Shown: positions 24,309 through 33,427 of the stretch, one piece after another
How the letters are laid out: the number at the start of each line of letters is the position of its first letter
Numbering within the stretch: position 1 is the first letter of the stretch
Origin: an uncultured Pseudomonadota bacterium
GTDB lineage: Bacteria > Pseudomonadota > Gammaproteobacteria > Steroidobacterales > Steroidobacteraceae
Reading direction: 5' to 3'
NCBI GenBank assembly: GCA_963752125.1
Contig: CAVVXG010000035.1
Coordinates: forward strand, 18,139 to 82,138
DNA: 64,000 bases
The notes under the pieces: generated by a model
What the model saw: only the letters and a program-made list of their open reading frames with translations
Databases searched by the model: none
Told to the model about the DNA's origin: nothing
Program-made: the position numbers and the translations under genes

Positions 24309-25618
24309 CAGCGGCGTTCCAGCCTCATGTACAGTGGGTAACGGGTGCGCAGGTTGATCTGCGCCTCCAGCTCCAGCGGCCGCTCGGGCACGTGGACCAG
24401 GCGATAATGGCGAGCCACCTTGTACAGATGCACGAGCATCTCGTACAGCGCGAATGTCTCACCGATGCAGTGACGAGGGCCCGCCGCGAAGGGCATGTAA
24501 GCAAAGCGCGGGCGCTCCGCCTCGTGCTCCGGCGCGAATCGCTCGGGCCAGAAGCGGTCAGGATCTTTCCAGAACCGGCCATCCCGGTGCAAGAGATACA
24601 GTGGCAGCAGCACATTCGTTGCAGCCGGGACTTCGTAGCCGCCGAGCACATCGGCATCGATAGTGCGCCGCGAGAGGAGCCAGCCCGGCGGATAGAGCCG
24701 CAGCGCCTCGTTGACCACCTGCTGTGTGTAAGCGAGTGTTTCCATCTGTGCGAGGCTGGGGTTCGCCATGTCGGGGGCGGCATCGATTTCGGCGTGCAGG
24801 CGCGCTTCGACCTCGGGGCTCTGTGACAGGAGGTACCAGGTCCAATTCAGTGCGCTCGCGGTCGTCTCATGACCGGCCACCACCAGTGTCATGATTTCAT
24901 CGACGAGCTCGCGGTCATTCATCGGCGCGCCGGTTTCCTTGTCCCGGGCGCTCATGAGCATGGCGACGTAGTCGACATGCTCTGTGTTTTCGGCCCGGCG
25001 TCGCTCGATCAGGCCAGCCACGATCTTGGTCAGGGAGCGGAATTTGAACGCAAACTGCAGGTTGCGTTCCTGCTCCTTGGTCACAACCTCGAACGGGTTG
25101 CCGCCGAGTTGTTCCGACATGCGGTCCAGGTCGCGTCCGAAGATGGAGCGCAGCACGATGTTGAGCGTGAGCTCGCTCATCTCATCGGTGATGTTGATCG
25201 GGTTGCCGTGGCGGGCGAGCTCCTCCCAACGCGCGATGCACCGCTCGTTGGAGGAATCCAGCAACTGCGCGAATTCGCTGATGACACGGCGGTGGAAGAA
25301 CGGTTGCATCATGTAGCGCTGGCGTTTCCACATCTCGCCTTCGCTCGTCATGAGTCCCTTGCCGAGCAGGATCTTGACGCGATCGAGTCCCATCCCCTTG
25401 GTATAGTTGCGGTGGTTCGAAACCAGCACCCGCTTCACATCGTCGGGATGGTGGACTACATAGATGTGCGCCTTGCGCGCGGGCGAAAAGACGCGATAGG
25501 TGTCCCCGTAACGGCTGAACAGCTCGATCATGCGCTCCAGGGAGTCATCCGTGGCGCCAATGTCGAACTGAAGCTCCGCCTCGGGCGGTTGATTGGGGGT
25601 GGGCTCGCTGGCGGTCAT
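24308..25618 (-). CDS. Cytochrome P450
   Basis: Haem-ligand loop FAAGPRHCIGETFA, EALRLYPP (ExxR region), AGHETT I-helix. The stop overlaps the FAAL start (TGATG at 24310-24306). Start taken at ATG 25618 (MTASEPT...); the ORF track begins at TTG 25639. Confidence 0.9.
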   Translation of the reverse strand: MTASEPTPNQPPEAELQFDIGATDDSLERMIELFSRYGDTYRVFSPARKAHIYVVHHPDDVKRVLVSNHRNYTKGMGLDRVKILLGKGLMTSEGEMWKRQRYMMQPFFHRRVISEFAQLLDSSNERCIARWEELARHGNPINITDEMSELTLNIVLRSIFGRDLDRMSEQLGGNPFEVVTKEQERNLQFAFKFRSLTKIVAGLIERRRAENTEHVDYVAMLMSARDKETGAPMNDRELVDEIMTLVVAGHETTASALNWTWYLLSQSPEVEARLHAEIDAAPDMANPSLAQMETLAYTQQVVNEALRLYPPGWLLSRRTIDADVLGGYEVPAATNVLLPLYLLHRDGRFWKDPDRFWPERFAPEHEAERPRFAYMPFAAGPRHCIGETFALYEMLVHLYKVARHYRLVHVPERPLELEAQINLRTRYPLYMRLERR

Positions 25619-25637
25619 GCGCGGATTTGCCTGAATC

Positions 25638-25649
25638 AAATAGCTATTT
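25638..25649. promoter_or_regulatory. Perfect 12-bp palindrome AAATAGCTATTT about 20 nt upstream of the P450 ATG
   Basis: Read directly. It is an AT-rich dyad in an otherwise GC-rich divergent intergenic region (25619-25784). Confidence 0.3.
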
Positions 25650-25784
25650 TAGCTCACGTTTGCGCCTGATGGGCCTTTCAGCGGAAACTGCGCGCCCCTT
25701 GAAGAAGTTCGCTCTACCAAGCGGCGCCCGCACGAGCGTCGCCCCTTGCGGGATCCGCCGCGCCGGGATTTCCGCGCACCGCGC

Positions 25785-26525
25785 ATGAAAAACGACCGCA
25801 ATCTCCGCAACACCATCTACCGCACCCAAACCAGCTCCGGACGCCGCATGACGGTGGCCAGGCGGCTGCTTTACCGCATCGCTGTGCCTCTCGGGCTCGC
25901 GATCATCAAAGGCTGGCTGTCCACCTGTCGCGTGGTGCGCATCGAAGGCGAGCAACATCTGGACGAATCGCTCGCCAAAGCTGCCTCGCTGGTGCCGTGC
26001 TACTGGCACCAGCACCAGCTTTTCTGTGCGAGGTACCTCCTCGAGCAGCGCGCAAGAGGTCTAACCGTCGGTTGGCTCATCAGCCCGTCCGTCGATGGCG
26101 AGATCGGTGCGATGATGGTTCGGCGGCTCGGAGCCGTTGTGATTCGCGGCTCGTCGACGCATACGGGTGCGCGCGCGTTGCGCGACTACTATGAGGTGCT
26201 CGTGAAGGACGGCGTTTCGCCCATCATTACACCTGACGGCCCGCGGGGCCCGCGTTTCAAGTTCAAGATAGGCGCCATTCTGCTCGCCCAGATGTCAGGT
26301 CGGCCGATGTTGCCCATGGCTTATGCCGTCTCGCACGCATGGCTGGTCAAATGGGACAAGTTCGTCATCCCGGTGCCGTTCTCACGCGTTGTCATTGCTA
26401 TCGGTCCGCCACGGTACGTGCCACGAACGACTGACGCCGCGGCCATCGAGAGCCAGCAGGCTGCCATGGAGCAGGAGCTGAAACGCTTGTACCAACTTGC
26501 CAGGGACACCCTGGAAAAGCGCTGA
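25785..26525 (+). CDS. Lysophospholipid acyltransferase-family protein (DUF374 type)
   Basis: ...ISPSVDGEIGAMMVRRLGAVVIRGSSTHTGARAL...ITPDGPRGPRFKFK... Start uncertain (ATG 25785 or 25848). Confidence 0.7.
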   Translation: MKNDRNLRNTIYRTQTSSGRRMTVARRLLYRIAVPLGLAIIKGWLSTCRVVRIEGEQHLDESLAKAASLVPCYWHQHQLFCARYLLEQRARGLTVGWLISPSVDGEIGAMMVRRLGAVVIRGSSTHTGARALRDYYEVLVKDGVSPIITPDGPRGPRFKFKIGAILLAQMSGRPMLPMAYAVSHAWLVKWDKFVIPVPFSRVVIAIGPPRYVPRTTDAAAIESQQAAMEQELKRLYQLARDTLEKR

Positions 26526-27619
26526 TGTCAGCTCAAGGCCCACTCACTCCTCCAACGGCTCGCGCCGCCGAAGCTCGCCCCCTGGTCATGCGTTGTGGTG
26601 CTTTTGGGGACATCGTGCTGTTGACGGTGCTACTGCGGCAGCTGCATCTGCGTTTCGGCAAGCCGGTCGATGTCATTTCCTCCGGTCCTTGGACCCAACC
26701 ACTGCTCGAGGCCGAGCGGGCTGTTGGTCGTTTGTTCATCCTGCGCAGCCGCCGCACCCCTTATTGGTTGAGTGTGCAACAACGGCGCCTGGTGGCCTGG
26801 CTCCGCGAGCGCGGCAGCGGGCCTACATGGTTCGCCGATCGCGGCGAGGGACGCCGGCTGCTGGCGCTGGCGGGCATTCCCGACGATTACATCTGCGATA
26901 CGAACACCTATCAGTGGACACCCGGGGAAACGTTTGCCGACCGTTATCTGCGCTTCGGCAGCTACACCCCCAAGGCGTTTGAGGGACTCCTGCCGGCCGC
27001 AAAACCAGGGATACCGCGCGCCGCGCGCCTCAACATCCCTCCTACGGCGCGGCATGAGCTCGAATCGTGGCTGGCCGAACGCGGGTTTGCGGGCAGGCAG
27101 TTCGTGATGATCCATCCTGGCAGCCGTCATCTGGCCCGTCGCTGGCTGCGCTCGCGCTCCGGAGCCAGCAAATATTGGCCGGAGGATCGTTGGGCGCGTG
27201 TTGTCAGAGCTGTACGCGACAGCTGCCCGGAACACATCATTCTGTTCACGGGCACCCGAGCCGAAAGACACTTCAACGCTGACATCATCCGCCAGGCCGC
27301 GGTGGCGGATGCTCACAACATCGCGGACCGTTTGTCGGTACGCACGCTTTTGCCGCTGCTGGAGCGTGCGCACAGCATGATCTGCGTGGATACCGGACCG
27401 GCGCATGCTGCTGCCGCACTCGGGTGTCCGACGGTCGCGCTCTTTGGGACAGCAAGCCCGGATCTTTACCGGCCGGGAGGGGCTACTACGCCGGCAGTCG
27501 CACTGACCGGCTCGGTGAACGGGCAGCAGAACATTCTCGGGATCGAGGCAGAGAGGGTCATCGATACCTGGCGACAGCTGTCGCAGACCGGTCGGGTACC
27601 GTCGGCCGATTTAAGTTAA
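26525..27619 (+). CDS. Glycosyltransferase family 9 (heptosyltransferase-like)
   Basis: ATG overlaps the preceding stop by 1 nt. ...MRCGAFGDIVLLT...IHPGSRH...CVDTGPAHAAAALGCPTVALFG, typical GT9 motifs. Confidence 0.8.
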   Translation: MSAQGPLTPPTARAAEARPLVMRCGAFGDIVLLTVLLRQLHLRFGKPVDVISSGPWTQPLLEAERAVGRLFILRSRRTPYWLSVQQRRLVAWLRERGSGPTWFADRGEGRRLLALAGIPDDYICDTNTYQWTPGETFADRYLRFGSYTPKAFEGLLPAAKPGIPRAARLNIPPTARHELESWLAERGFAGRQFVMIHPGSRHLARRWLRSRSGASKYWPEDRWARVVRAVRDSCPEHIILFTGTRAERHFNADIIRQAAVADAHNIADRLSVRTLLPLLERAHSMICVDTGPAHAAAALGCPTVALFGTASPDLYRPGGATTPAVALTGSVNGQQNILGIEAERVIDTWRQLSQTGRVPSADLS

Positions 27620-27916
27620 GTCGCTAATTCGAGATTGAACAGCACGTTAGCTTGTGTTCTTGATTAAGTGTTGCCAGAATCGGACGTAACTTCCGGACTG
27701 ATGCGAAAGAAGAAGCCGTGGGCTTGCGGCCGCGCGAGGGGGTTTTGCACCCGCTCTCGATTTCGTCAAAGGTCCTGACGGTTACAGAAAAAACACGCAG
27801 TTCTAAGGTCCCAAGGTGTGTCCGCAGGACGGAAATCACGTTCGGGCAGACCCAAGTCGGATAGGCTGGACCATCACGGTCTGCGACTGACGATTCTTTG
27901 GAGAGGTCAGGGATCA

Positions 27917-30595
27917 ATGTCGATTCTGCCGCCGGATAAGCCAGCGGAATTTACCGCTTCGGACATCCTTTCGGCAGACGCCTGGAGTGGCAGAGCCCCC
28001 AGGCCGGTTCTGGGTATCGATGTCGCGTGCACGAAAATCGCGGTCGATTTCCAGAACATGCGCCGAGAAACGGTTGATGAATGCGTGCGGCGCAATTTGG
28101 AATTGCTGCGTGATGCGACGGGCAGCGATTGCGCTTTTCTGATTGCGTTCAGTCCGAACGAACTCCTTGTCGAGGACGTGCAGCTCGCGCGGAGCGCTTT
28201 TGCCCAATGCCGGCCCGAAGGCCTCAAAGATGCCCACTTCGACAACTTTCCATGGCTGAAGGGGCGCCTCGAGCACCTGCGCCTGTCGGAGCTGCGCGAT
28301 ACCAGCACACCGCGTAAGGAGCAGGCCGCCGAAGGCCAGCGCTTTGCGGAATTGCAGATGGGATCCGCCTTGCTCGTCGCCATGCGCGTGCAGGGCAAGC
28401 CGGCCGGCTTCCTGGGGTTGGCGCAGACCATGCCGCGCGGCGCCTGGGATGTGAATCTGCAATTGCTGATGAAACTCATCGGCACCAGCCTCGCGACCGG
28501 TCTTGAGCGCATCCGCATTGAGACCCGTCTGGCAAAGCTCGAGGAGCGCACCAATCTTGCCCAGGCCGCCGCCAACGATGGCCTGTGGGACTTCGATGTC
28601 GAGAGCAACGAGGTCTACTTCTCGCCGCGTTGGAAGACCATGCTGGGGTACGGCGACGACGATATGCGCGGCTCGCCTGACTGGCGCAGTTTGGTGCATC
28701 CGGACGACCTGTCGCGTGTGCAGGCGGCTATTCGCGATCACGTCGCGGGCAAGACACCGATTTTCGAAAGCACGCACCGCATGCGTCACCGCAATGGCGA
28801 GTGGCGTTGGGTCGTAAGCCGCGCCACGGCGCGTGTGGACAAGCACGGTAGGCTGTTGCGGCTGGTGGGCGTCGAGCTCGACGTCACCGAGCGGAAGTTG
28901 TACGAGGAGGCGCTGTTCCGTGAAAAGGAGAGCGCCCAGATCACCTTGCAGTCGATCGGCGACGGGGTCATCACCACCGATGCCAACTCGACCATCGATT
29001 ACATCAATCCGGTCGCCGAGGAGCTGACCGGCTGGCGTCTGGAGGATGCCATGGGGCGGCCGGTGGAGGAGATCTTCCGCGCCTTCCATGAGGAGACTTG
29101 CGAGCCGCTGGAGAACCCGCTGAGCGTCTCCATCCGGCGCATCCGTCCGATCAAGTCCGTACGCCCGATGCTCCTCATCCGCCGCGACGGCAACGAGCTG
29201 TACGTCGAGAGCACCGCCGCTCCGATCCGCGACGGCGCCGGGCATGTGGCCGGCGGCGTGTTGGTGTTCCACGATGTCAGCGAGTCGCGCGAGCTCAATC
29301 GCCGCTTGTCCTATCATGCCAGCCATGACTTGCTGACCGGGCTGGTGAATCGCCGCGAGTTCGAAAGCCGCCTGGAGCGTGCGTTGAAGAGCGCCAAGGC
29401 GCGCGAGGCTTCCTACGCTCTGTGTTATCTCGACATCGACCAGTTCAAGATCGTCAATGACACGTGCGGTCACAGCGCCGGCGATGCGCTGCTGGGGCAG
29501 GTCGGCGCGCTGTTGAAGTCCAAAGTGCGCTGGCGCGATACGTTATCGCGCCTGGGCGGGGACGAGTTCGGCATTCTGTTGGAAAGCTGCTCGCTGGATG
29601 ACGCGATGCGCACGGCGGAAACGTTGCGTGAGAGCGTGCGAAATTTCCGCTTTACCTGGGAGGATCGTGTGTTCCGCCTCGGGGCGAGCATTGGCGTGGT
29701 GCCGATTTCCGCCGACAACGAGGACGTGGCATCGATTCTGTCGGCGGCCGACAGCGCCTGCCAGGCCGCCAAGGAGGGCGGTCGCAACCGCGTGCATAGT
29801 TTCGCGGAAAACGACATCGAGCTGATGCGCCGCCGCCGCGAGATGCAATGGGCCGCGCGCATCAATCCGCCTTGGAGGAGGGGCGTTTCGAGCTCTTCCG
29901 CATGGCCATCCAACCGCTGCAGCGGGTGGAGGGCGGGGCGCACTACGAGTTGCTGTTGCGCTTGAAAGACGAGACCGGGCGCATCGTCTCGCCGAATGAT
30001 TTCATTGCCGCCGCCGAGCGCTACGGCATCACCCCGGCGATCGATCGCTGGGTCATTGAGAACGCCTTTCGCTGGCTGGTGTCGGAAGCGGACGAGCGCG
30101 AGAAGCTGTTGATGTGCTCCATCAACCTGTCGGGCCAGAGCCTGGGCGACGATAAATTCCTGCCGTTCGTCATCGACCAGTTCCATCGCAGCGGACTTGG
30201 ATGCCAGGAAGATCTGCTTCGAGATCACGGAGACGGCCGCCGTCGCCAGCTTCTCGCAAGCAAACCGTTTCATTCAGGCGCTCAAGGAGCTGGGTTGCAA
30301 GTTCGCGCTGGACGACTTCGGCACCGGTCTGTCCTCGTTCGGTTACCTCAAGCACTTCCCGGTCGATTTCCTGAAGATCGACGGCAGTTTCGTCCGCGAG
30401 ATCTTGCGCGATCCGATCGATCGCGAGATGGTGCGCTCGATCAACGAGATCGGACACCTGACCGGTAAGCAGACGATCGCGGAGTTCGCGGAGAACGCCG
30501 AAATCATCCAGATGCTGACCAGCCTTGGGGTGGACTATGCCCAGGGTTATGGGGTTGCTCAGCCGCAGCGCGTCCTGAAGTCCGCTGTAGCGTAA
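27917..30595 (+). pseudogene. GAF/PAS-GGDEF-EAL signalling protein, reading frame broken twice (about 29867 and about 30199)
   Basis: ATG 27917 follows GGAGAGG. GGDEF motif RLGGDEFGILL. The EAL domain continues in frame 1 (..ALEEGRFELFRMAIQPL..YELLLRL..) and returns to frame 2 (..DARKICFEITETAAV...DDFGTG...KIDGSF..). Confidence 0.8.
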
Positions 30596-30749
30596 GTCGC
30601 GCCGGACTTGCGCCGGATTTGCCGGCGCGCCCAGCACCATCCACGCCCGTCTATACCCGGTCGTCCCCCGCAAAGGGGCGCGCCTCTCCTTTCCGTGTTT
30701 TGTGCCGCCGCCCCAGCGGTGCCGCTGCGTTCCCGCTTGCTTGTAAAGC

Positions 30750-30769
30750 TACCTTTCTATAAAAAGGTA
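30750..30769. promoter_or_regulatory. Near-perfect 20-bp palindrome upstream of padR (candidate PadR operator)
   Basis: TACCTTTCTATAAAAAGGTA, 18 of 20 positions self-complementary, 23 nt upstream of ATG 30792. Confidence 0.4.
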
Positions 30770-30791
30770 CCAGAATTCAAAAAGGGGCCGC

Positions 30792-31130
30792 ATGGCGGTT
30801 AACGACAAATTCGGCGCGATCCGCAAGGGACTGCTGGAGTTCCTGGTTCTGAAGGTGATTGACGCCGATAGGGTGTATGTCGCGGACCTGCTGAAGAAGT
30901 TGTCCGGGACCGAGTTCGCCACTCAGGAAGGCACCCTATATCCGCTTCTTAGCCGCATGCGCCGCGACGGTCTGGTGGATTACGAGTGGAAGGAATCCGA
31001 AGCAGGCCCACCGCGGAAGTATTACCAGCTGACGGCGAGCGGCCGCGCGCAGCTCGCCGAGCTGACCGACTACTGGCGCCTCATCAATAAAACCATCGAC
31101 GACCTAGGGCCAAAGGTTCAAGGACACTAG
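30792..31130 (+). CDS. PadR-family transcriptional regulator
   Basis: 112 aa: ...LLEFLVLKVIDADRVYVADLLKKL...EGTLYPLLSRMRRDGLVDYEWKESEAGPPRKYYQLT. Confidence 0.85.
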   Translation: MAVNDKFGAIRKGLLEFLVLKVIDADRVYVADLLKKLSGTEFATQEGTLYPLLSRMRRDGLVDYEWKESEAGPPRKYYQLTASGRAQLAELTDYWRLINKTIDDLGPKVQGH

Positions 31131-31132
31131 TC

Positions 31133-32557
31133 ATGCGCACGGTCATCACCATCAGTTTGAATGGTAATGCCTATCAACTCGATGCCGCCGGCCACGAGGC
31201 GCTGCGGGCCTATCTGCAAGTCGCGCAGCAGCGTCTCGCTGGCAATCCCGATCAGATGGAAATCCTGGCGGATCTGGAGCAGGCGATCGCCGACAAGTGC
31301 GGGCGCTATCTCGGGCCGCACAAGAATGTCGTCAGCTCGGAGGAGATCGCGGAGGTGCTGCGTGAGATGGGTCCCGTCGATGCGGGCTCCCCGTCGGCAG
31401 ACACCGGATCCGATGCAGACGCCGCCTTCGGCACGGCCTCCGCATCGAATGCGGGCGCCGGGGACGGAGCCGGCACTCCCGGTTCCTCGGGCAATGCCTC
31501 GGAAGGGCCGCCACGCCGCCTCTATCAAATCCGCGCGGGCTCCTTCATCAGCGGCGTCTGCACGGGCCTTGCGGCCTATCTCAACATTGACGTCTCGGTG
31601 GTGCGGATTCTGTTCGTCCTGTTGGCCCTCCTGACAGGTGGAGTCTGGATCCTGGTCTACATCGTCATGATGTTCGTGATCCCTTACGCCCAGACCTCGG
31701 AGCAACACGCCGCCGCGCATGGTTGGCCGTTCAACGCCGAGGAGTTGGTCACGCGCGCCAAGGCGCACTATGCCCAGTTCAGGCAGAACAGCGGCAAGTG
31801 GCAGCGCGCGGACTACCGGCAGCAGCGCAGGATCTGGCGCCACATGTGGCGCGACCAACTGAGGGCGTGGAAGGACCAACATCGCGCCTGGAAACGTTGG
31901 CGTGCGCAGCACGGCGCTCCGCCGCCACCCCCGCCGATCTGGGGAGAGCCGCCGCCGGCGAACGCCAACTATCCAGCGCAGATGGTGCACAGCGTCGTCA
32001 GTCCGCTGGCCGAGCTGCTCGGCGCGATCCTCTTCATTGCGTTCCTGGTCGCTTTGTTTTCCCTGGTCACCCACAAAAGGATTCTCGGATGGTGGCTGCC
32101 GCACGAAGTCCCGTTGTGGCTGGGCGTCGTGGGTCTCATCGTGTTGTATAAGGTGATTGCCTCGCCGCTGAAGCGTGCACGCTACGCGAGTTACTACGGC
32201 GCGCCTTACGCGCGCGGCTGGCTGGCCTTCATAGGCGCGTTGATCTGGCTCGGCGGGGTGGCATTCCTCGTCTGGCTCGCGTGGCAGCACCATGCCGAGT
32301 TGCAGGACCTCTTGCAGAACATCGGTGACAGCTGGCGCTCCATGATGGAGCGCCGCGCCTCGCCGCCTGAGAGTCCCGGGCACACTGTTGCCTACTTCGT
32401 GGCATGGGGTGTGCCCTCGGGTGTTCTACCGGGGTGCGCCGCCTACCGGGAACTCGAGGCGCATGGAGAGATCGACCGCGCTGATGTGTTTGGTGAGGCT
32501 ACCGACCGAGATGTAGTTGACGCCGGTCTCGGCGATCGCGCGTACGGTCTGCAGTGA
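31133..32557 (+). CDS. PspC-domain membrane protein
   Basis: It starts 2 nt after padR. PspC motif RLYQIRAGSFISGVCTGLAAYLNIDVSVVRILFVLLAL. The last 132 nt overlap nadC convergently, so the 3' end is doubtful. Confidence 0.7.
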   Translation: MRTVITISLNGNAYQLDAAGHEALRAYLQVAQQRLAGNPDQMEILADLEQAIADKCGRYLGPHKNVVSSEEIAEVLREMGPVDAGSPSADTGSDADAAFGTASASNAGAGDGAGTPGSSGNASEGPPRRLYQIRAGSFISGVCTGLAAYLNIDVSVVRILFVLLALLTGGVWILVYIVMMFVIPYAQTSEQHAAAHGWPFNAEELVTRAKAHYAQFRQNSGKWQRADYRQQRRIWRHMWRDQLRAWKDQHRAWKRWRAQHGAPPPPPPIWGEPPPANANYPAQMVHSVVSPLAELLGAILFIAFLVALFSLVTHKRILGWWLPHEVPLWLGVVGLIVLYKVIASPLKRARYASYYGAPYARGWLAFIGALIWLGGVAFLVWLAWQHHAELQDLLQNIGDSWRSMMERRASPPESPGHTVAYFVAWGVPSGVLPGCAAYRELEAHGEIDRADVFGEATDRDVVDAGLGDRAYGLQ

Positions 32558-33289
32558 CACGCTGCCGGAGGCTTCGATTTTGACCGGCCGCTCATGCTTG
32601 TCATTGATATTGACAGCCGTGCGCATGTCTGCCTGGCTGAACTCGTCGAGCATGATGATGTCGGGCCCTGCCGCCAGGGCTTGCTCGAATTCGGCGAGCG
32701 ACTCCACTTCGATTTCAACGGGTAACCGCGGAGCGACACGGCGGGCGTCCGCGATGGCTCCCGCGAGGGAGCCGGCCGCGGCGATATGGTTTTCCTTGAT
32801 GAGCACCATGTCGTAAAGGCCGATGCGGTGGTTCTGGGCTCCGCCGCAGTGCACGGCGTATTTCTGGGCAGTACGCAAGCCCGGGATGGTTTTGCGAGTA
32901 TCCAGAATGATGCAGCCAGTTCCGGCAACAGCGTCGACATAACTGCGCGCGGCCGTCGCCACCGCCGACAGCAGCTGTAGGAAGTTGAGGGCCGTGCGCT
33001 CGCCCGTCAGCACCGCTCGAGCGGGACCTTCGATTTCGAACAAAACCTGATCCGCCACGACCCGGTCGCCGTCGTTGGCGCGCCAGCGCAGCTGGATGTT
33101 GGGGTCAAGGCTCTGGAACGTCGCCGCCACCCACGGTCGTCCGCACAGTACGGCGCTCTCGCGTGTGATGACGCGTCCGCGCACGATCTGTGCGGCAGGG
33201 ACCAGCTGTGCAGTGACGTCGCCGCTGCCGATGTCCTCACGGAGGGCGTTGGCGACCTGGGTGTCGAGATCTGTTGGAATTTGCAGCAT
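32426..33289 (-). CDS. nadC: Nicotinate-nucleotide pyrophosphorylase (carboxylating)
   Basis: From ATG 33289 (MLQIPTDLDTQVANALREDIGSGDVTAQL...) through ...GERTALNFLQ..., ILDTRKT.PGLR, and ...IMLDEF. Confidence 0.88.
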   Translation of the reverse strand: MLQIPTDLDTQVANALREDIGSGDVTAQLVPAAQIVRGRVITRESAVLCGRPWVAATFQSLDPNIQLRWRANDGDRVVADQVLFEIEGPARAVLTGERTALNFLQLLSAVATAARSYVDAVAGTGCIILDTRKTIPGLRTAQKYAVHCGGAQNHRIGLYDMVLIKENHIAAAGSLAGAIADARRVAPRLPVEIEVESLAEFEQALAAGPDIIMLDEFSQADMRTAVNINDKHERPVKIEASGSVSLQTVRAIAETGVNYISVGSLTKHISAVDLSMRLEFPVGGAPR

Positions 33290-33427
33290 TTCGGGTAGAC
33301 GTTCCGGCTGTTCCGGCCATAGCGTACACAAAACAGCAAGGCCCGGGTTCGCCCCGGGCCTTCGCAGGCTCATCAGCGGCCGCAAACGACACGCAACCGG
33401 GGCCGGCGCCCGCCCGCCGCAGCGGGC

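Noticed and set aside
27914-29473. 519-aa minus-strand ORF antisense to the PAS-GGDEF gene.
   Set aside because: No recognisable domain and extreme Arg/Ala/Gly bias. The sense strand encodes clear PAS and GGDEF motifs.
30611-30629. Hairpin GCGCCGG-ATTTG-CCGGCGC after the EAL gene, considered as an intrinsic terminator.
   Set aside because: The stem is short and no downstream T-tract follows, which is insufficient for a terminator call.
31127-32383. 418-aa minus-strand ORF antisense to the PspC-domain gene.
   Set aside because: Low-complexity Arg/Pro/Gly-rich translation. The sense strand has the PspC motif and TM segments and is coupled to padR.
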